A DNA stretch of 20,000 nucleotides from IMG/VR virus record IMGVR_UViG_3300007734_000747. The stretch is one strand, 5' to 3'. Below the pieces are notes generated by a model. It had not been told where the DNA came from. It saw only the letters and a list, made by a program, of their open reading frames with translations, and searched no databases. Both the position numbers and the translations under genes were made by a program. Source of the DNA: an uncultured virus (IMG/VR IMGVR_UViG_3300007734_000747). Lineage: Duplodnaviria > Heunggongvirae > Uroviricota > Caudoviricetes. Below are positions 16,331 to 20,000 of this stretch, in pieces (position 1 is the first letter of the stretch; every line of letters begins with the position of its first letter).

Positions 16331-16987
16331 ATGAACCCCATTAAATGGTCTTTTTCAAGTCTTAAGCAGTACATCAATTGCCCTAAACAATATCATGAAG
16401 TTAAAGTTCTTAAAAAATACGACACGATACCTACACAACAAATGCGCTACGGTACGGATGTACATAGCGCGTTGGAGAACTACGCGAAGGACGGTACAGC
16501 GTTACCCCACAACTACAAGCGGTTTGCGAGTATGGTTGACCCGTTGTTGGAGATCGATGGTACGCGGTATATTGAGCATCGAATGGCGTTAGATGAGAAC
16601 AAACAGCCTTGTTCGTGGGGTAAAGGTTATTGGGTGCGCGGTATCGTTGACTTCATGGTAATAGAAGGCGACACAGCGTTCATCGTTGACTACAAGACAG
16701 GCAGCGACAAGTACCCTGATCTAAAACAGTTACGACTGATGGCACTGATGACGTTTGCGCACTTTCCAGAAGTTAATCGGGTTAAGGCGGGGCTGATGTT
16801 TATCTTGCATAATAACTTCATACCGGAAGAGTATACGAGGGAGCAGTGTGAGTCCTTATGGGATAACTTTACGCTTGATATAGCGCGTTTGACAGTGTCT
16901 TATGAGAACGACACATGGCAGATGAATCCTACGCCGCTATGTGGATGGTGTCCTGTTACTACATGTGAGCATCACAGAAGCCGATGA
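16331..16987 (+). CDS. PD-(D/E)XK exonuclease, Cas4/RecB-like
   Basis: WSFSSL...CP, GIVD, IVDYKTG, QLRLMA, C-terminal CGWCPVTTC. Confidence 0.9.
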   Translation: MNPIKWSFSSLKQYINCPKQYHEVKVLKKYDTIPTQQMRYGTDVHSALENYAKDGTALPHNYKRFASMVDPLLEIDGTRYIEHRMALDENKQPCSWGKGYWVRGIVDFMVIEGDTAFIVDYKTGSDKYPDLKQLRLMALMTFAHFPEVNRVKAGLMFILHNNFIPEEYTREQCESLWDNFTLDIARLTVSYENDTWQMNPTPLCGWCPVTTCEHHRSR

Positions 16988-17196
16988 AGATGATAAGACT
17001 TTTGAGGTTAAAAGGGTTTGATAGATCACCACTTATGCCAGAAGCGGGTATTACAAAAGGTGGTATGAACGAAGAAGCTCAGTCTAAGTGGAAGTACGCG
17101 CACATACGGATGCCATTTGATTACTCAGACGAAAGCATACATAACAACAATATACATGGAGCGAAAGATGCCTTTACTGACAGCGAGCGCGTTTAA
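16984..17196 (+). CDS. Hypothetical protein (70 aa)
   Basis: ATGA overlap with the exonuclease gene. Confidence 0.5.
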   Translation: MKMIRLLRLKGFDRSPLMPEAGITKGGMNEEAQSKWKYAHIRMPFDYSDESIHNNNIHGAKDAFTDSERV

Positions 17197-17344
17197 AGCG
17201 GAAGCACTTAAAATATTAGATGATATTTTTAAACATGAATACCGGCGCTCAAAAGAACTTAACGCAGAAGTACACTGCGCCCTCCCCTTCAGAATCGAAA
17301 AGATTGTTGAGGAAAGTTCGGGGCAACTTACAGAAATTGCGTAG
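17156..17344 (+). CDS. Hypothetical protein
   Basis: MERKMPLLTASAFK...; start uncertain. Confidence 0.45.
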   Translation: MERKMPLLTASAFKAEALKILDDIFKHEYRRSKELNAEVHCALPFRIEKIVEESSGQLTEIA

Positions 17345-17437
17345 GCAGGATGAGGGGCTAAGCAATGAGTACATCCACGGGGGTAACCAGAAGACATCTA
17401 TGGAATATGTGGATAAGAAAACGGGAGGGGTTAACCA

Positions 17438-17635
17438 ATGAGCTGGTACACCACGTTAGAAGACTTCCATGCAGCAACACGACAGAACGCACGCAATAAG
17501 TATTTAATAAATAGGTATCAAAGAAAGTTAAAGGGGTTAAGTAATGAACGAGTACACGAAAGCAACCGAGTACACGAAAGCATTAGCAGCATCGATGAAC
17601 GAAACACAGAGAGTATTAACCGAAGCTTTGGCTAG
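17438..17635 (+). CDS. Hypothetical protein (65 aa)
   Basis: RBS GGAGG; overlaps the next ORF by about 90 nt. Confidence 0.45.
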   Translation: MSWYTTLEDFHAATRQNARNKYLINRYQRKLKGLSNERVHESNRVHESISSIDERNTESINRSFG

Positions 17636-17729
17636 AAACTTTTGGGCGGTAGTTCGCCGCGATAAAGAAGAGAATAACAAAATTCATGGAGTGCAACATG
17701 GCATACACGAAGACACCAAGACCCTATAA
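17544..17729 (+). CDS. Hypothetical protein (61 aa)
   Basis: RBS AAGGGG; contains EYTKAT-EYTKAL duplication. Confidence 0.5.
   Translation: MNEYTKATEYTKALAASMNETQRVLTEALARNFWAVVRRDKEENNKIHGVQHGIHEDTKTL
17549..17582 (+). repeat. Tandem duplication, period 18
   Basis: CGAGTACACGAAAGCA at 17549-17564 and 17567-17582. Confidence 0.85.
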
Positions 17730-17952
17730 GAAAGAGTACCAACAAGAGTTGGCTCGGGGTGAACATGACGACCGCATGGAGCGCCAGCGTGCTAGGCGTG
17801 AGATGGATAAGAAAGGCGTTAGCCGAAAGGGTAAGGACGTGGCTCACGTCAAAGCGTTGTCCAAAGGCGGCAGCAATGCAGACGGAGTGCGCTTAGAATC
17901 CCCGCACAAGAATCGCAGTTTTAAACGCAAGTCTGATGGATCAATGAAGTAA
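17698..17952 (+). CDS. HNH-endonuclease-like small basic protein
   Basis: GKDVAHVKALSKGGSN...NRS; ATG 17698 after GGAG. Confidence 0.7.
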   Translation: MAYTKTPRPYKKEYQQELARGEHDDRMERQRARREMDKKGVSRKGKDVAHVKALSKGGSNADGVRLESPHKNRSFKRKSDGSMK

Positions 17953-17960
17953 AGTTTTAG

Positions 17961-17989
17961 TTGACATTATTATTGTCATGCCGTAAGGT
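17961..17989 (+). promoter_or_regulatory. Possible sigma70 promoter with overlapping palindrome
   Basis: TTGACA, 17 bp spacer, TAAGGT; TGACA-N7-TGTCA at 17962-17978. Confidence 0.45.
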
Positions 17990-17994
17990 GTGGG

Positions 17995-18112
17995 TGGGTT
18001 GGGGTTTTACTAGATTTTCCCCCTGTAAACTACATCAGTTACTTAGTGCCTCCTCCTTTCAGGTACTCGCTTATGGGCACGGATGTAACCGACTAGCCCC
18101 CGCAAGGGGCTA
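17995..18112 (+). ncRNA. Candidate structured RNA or leader upstream of the helicase
   Basis: Nested stems 18035-42/18085-92 and 18045-51/18061-67, plus GNRA hairpin 18094-18112. Confidence 0.4.
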
Positions 18113-18138
18113 CAGTTCAAATTTATAGTGAGGTCAAA

Positions 18139-19716
18139 GTGCAAGACATTAAGTTTACAGTCGTAGATAACGCAGCTTTACAGTTCAGAACGTCAAACAC
18201 AGATGCAGATCACATACTTACCTACGTTGAGAAGTGTGAGATTTTAGATAGAACCGATGACGAGACAGAGCTTCTTGTTTATTGGGGTCATGACGAGATG
18301 TCATTCATAGCTGAGTCCTTCAGCTATAACAGTTTACCCTCACCCATGCTGCGCGACTACAAGTGGCCCGGACTATATACGCCGTTCGACCACCAGAAAA
18401 CTACTGCCTCATTCCTAGCTAGTAGACGCCGCGCGTTCTGTTTCAACGAGGCGGGTACAGGCAAGACATCATCAATCATCTGGGCGGCAGACTATTTAAT
18501 GAGCTTGGGGTTGGTCAAACGCGTGCTTGTCGTGTGTCCGTTGACGATTATGTATTCAGCATGGCAAGCAGATATATTTAAGACCGCTATGCACAGGTCG
18601 GCTGGAGTGGCATACGGTTCGGCTGACAAGCGTAAAAAGATTCTTAAGGGTGAGTATGACTTCATCATCACCAACTACGACGGGGTAGGTATATTAGCTG
18701 ATGATATAAATCGCGGTGGCTTTGATCTAATAGTTGTTGATGAGGCCAACGCCTACAAGTCTACAAGCACTGTGCGTTGGAAGATATTAGCGAAGTTAAT
18801 TAAACCTGAGACACGGCTATGGATGCTGACAGGTACACCCGCATCACAGTCACCCCTTGATGCGTTTGGCTTAGCGCGTTTGATCTCACCAAGCAAGGTT
18901 CCTAAGTACAGCACAGCGTGGCGTGACAAAGTAATGCAGCAAGTCACACGGTTCAAGTGGCTACCCAGACCTTCAGCTAAACAAATAGTGTTTGACGCGT
19001 TGCAGCCCGCAGTTAGGTTCACGAAGGCAGAGTGTCTTGATCTGCCAGATGTTCTTCATCAAACGCGGGAAGTGCCGTTGACGCAGCAAGCTGCTAAATA
19101 CTATAAGAAACTAAAAGACGACATGCTGATTGAAGCTGCGGGCGAACAAGTGTCAGCGGTGAACGCAGCAGCAATGCTGAGTAAGCTCCTTCAAGTATCA
19201 GGCGGTGCGGTATACACAGATACTAGGGAAGTAATTGAGTTCGATATATCACCACGGTTGAAAGCGTTGGAGGAAGTAATAGAAGAGACTAACAACAAGG
19301 TGCTGGTGTTTGTGCCGTACACGCACACGATTGAAGTGGTTAGTAAGTTTCTTACAGGACTAGGGATTAGTAGCGAGATTATTAACGGCGCAGTATCTGC
19401 TGGTGAACGGCAACGCATCGTTAATAAGTTTCAGACTACACAGGAGCCACGGGTGTTGGTCATTCAACCTCAAGCTGCATCACACGGTGTCACGCTAACC
19501 GCTGCTGACACTATAGTGTTTTGGTCGCCTGTTATGAGTGTAGAAACATACCTACAATGTATTGCCCGAATAGATCGCGTGGGGCAGAAGAATAGTATGA
19601 CAGTAGTTCATTTGCAGGGTTCAGAAGTAGAACGGAAGATGTACAAGATGTTGCAAAATAAAGTTGATTCACATGAAAAGTTAGTTGATTTATATAAAGA
19701 GGAAATCTATGAATGA
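18139..19716 (+). CDS. SNF2-family (SF2) helicase
   Basis: NEAGTGKT, VVCP, VVDEA, LTGTP, HGVTLTAA, QCIARIDRVGQ. Confidence 0.92.
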   Translation: MQDIKFTVVDNAALQFRTSNTDADHILTYVEKCEILDRTDDETELLVYWGHDEMSFIAESFSYNSLPSPMLRDYKWPGLYTPFDHQKTTASFLASRRRAFCFNEAGTGKTSSIIWAADYLMSLGLVKRVLVVCPLTIMYSAWQADIFKTAMHRSAGVAYGSADKRKKILKGEYDFIITNYDGVGILADDINRGGFDLIVVDEANAYKSTSTVRWKILAKLIKPETRLWMLTGTPASQSPLDAFGLARLISPSKVPKYSTAWRDKVMQQVTRFKWLPRPSAKQIVFDALQPAVRFTKAECLDLPDVLHQTREVPLTQQAAKYYKKLKDDMLIEAAGEQVSAVNAAAMLSKLLQVSGGAVYTDTREVIEFDISPRLKALEEVIEETNNKVLVFVPYTHTIEVVSKFLTGLGISSEIINGAVSAGERQRIVNKFQTTQEPRVLVIQPQAASHGVTLTAADTIVFWSPVMSVETYLQCIARIDRVGQKNSMTVVHLQGSEVERKMYKMLQNKVDSHEKLVDLYKEEIYE

Positions 19717-20000
19717 CATGGAAGAATTAGTTAAAACCTACTTGACTATTAGAAACGAGCGTGACAGGATTGAGTCTGAGTACAAGTTGCAAGACGAAGC
19801 TTTAAAAGCTGAGATGACTGTACTAGAGCAAGAGATGTTAGCGGGGTGTAATGAGATCAAAGCGGACAGTATTAGAACGCCTCATGGCACCATCATTAAG
19901 AGTTTGAAAGAAAGGTTCACCTGTTCAGACCGCGATAACTTCAACAAGTTCGTAATAGAAACGGGCGCTGTTGAATTGTTTGAAGCACGTCTTCACCAAG
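19709..20000 (+). CDS. Phage hypothetical coiled-coil protein (truncated by window edge)
   Basis: MNDMEELVKTYLTIRNERDRIE...DSIRTPHGT...; RBS GAGG; open to the end of the window. Confidence 0.8.
   Translation, partial: MNDMEELVKTYLTIRNERDRIESEYKLQDEALKAEMTVLEQEMLAGCNEIKADSIRTPHGTIIKSLKERFTCSDRDNFNKFVIETGAVELFEARLHQ

Noticed and set aside
863..19418. Minus-strand ORFs in the track and alternate-frame plus ORFs (5288, 15098, 16395, 17220)
   Set aside because: Overlap better-supported plus-strand genes and show no recognisable motifs.
1..20000. tRNA, rRNA, integrase, transposase, reverse transcriptase, intron or intein
   Set aside because: No such signatures seen; polA and the helicase are uninterrupted.

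Overview
This window is part of a tailed dsDNA phage (or prophage) genome. At the left edge, a minus-strand gene (possible terminase small subunit, truncated) diverges from a long plus-strand arm across a G-rich spacer. The arm runs through: two early genes, each closed by a terminator and a duplicated intergenic element; an origin-like region (12 TGTTCYGN repeats, AT-rich core, IHF-consensus site); many small early ORFs; a DUF3150-like / MoxR-type AAA+ / HExxH-VWA module; VRR-NUC, DUF3310 and Zn-ribbon genes; and a replication module (family A DNA polymerase, Cas4-like PD-(D/E)XK nuclease, HNH-like protein, SNF2 helicase). The strongest unexplained signal is a palindromic site, TAR-N3-TTCA-N8-TGAA-(N3-YTA). 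I found 14 copies by manual scan, both at gene junctions and inside coding sequences, densest in the early arm and absent after about 14.6 kb. A structured RNA candidate with an anti-Shine-Dalgarno-like loop precedes the helicase. Family assignments come from motif recognition only; no database searches were run.
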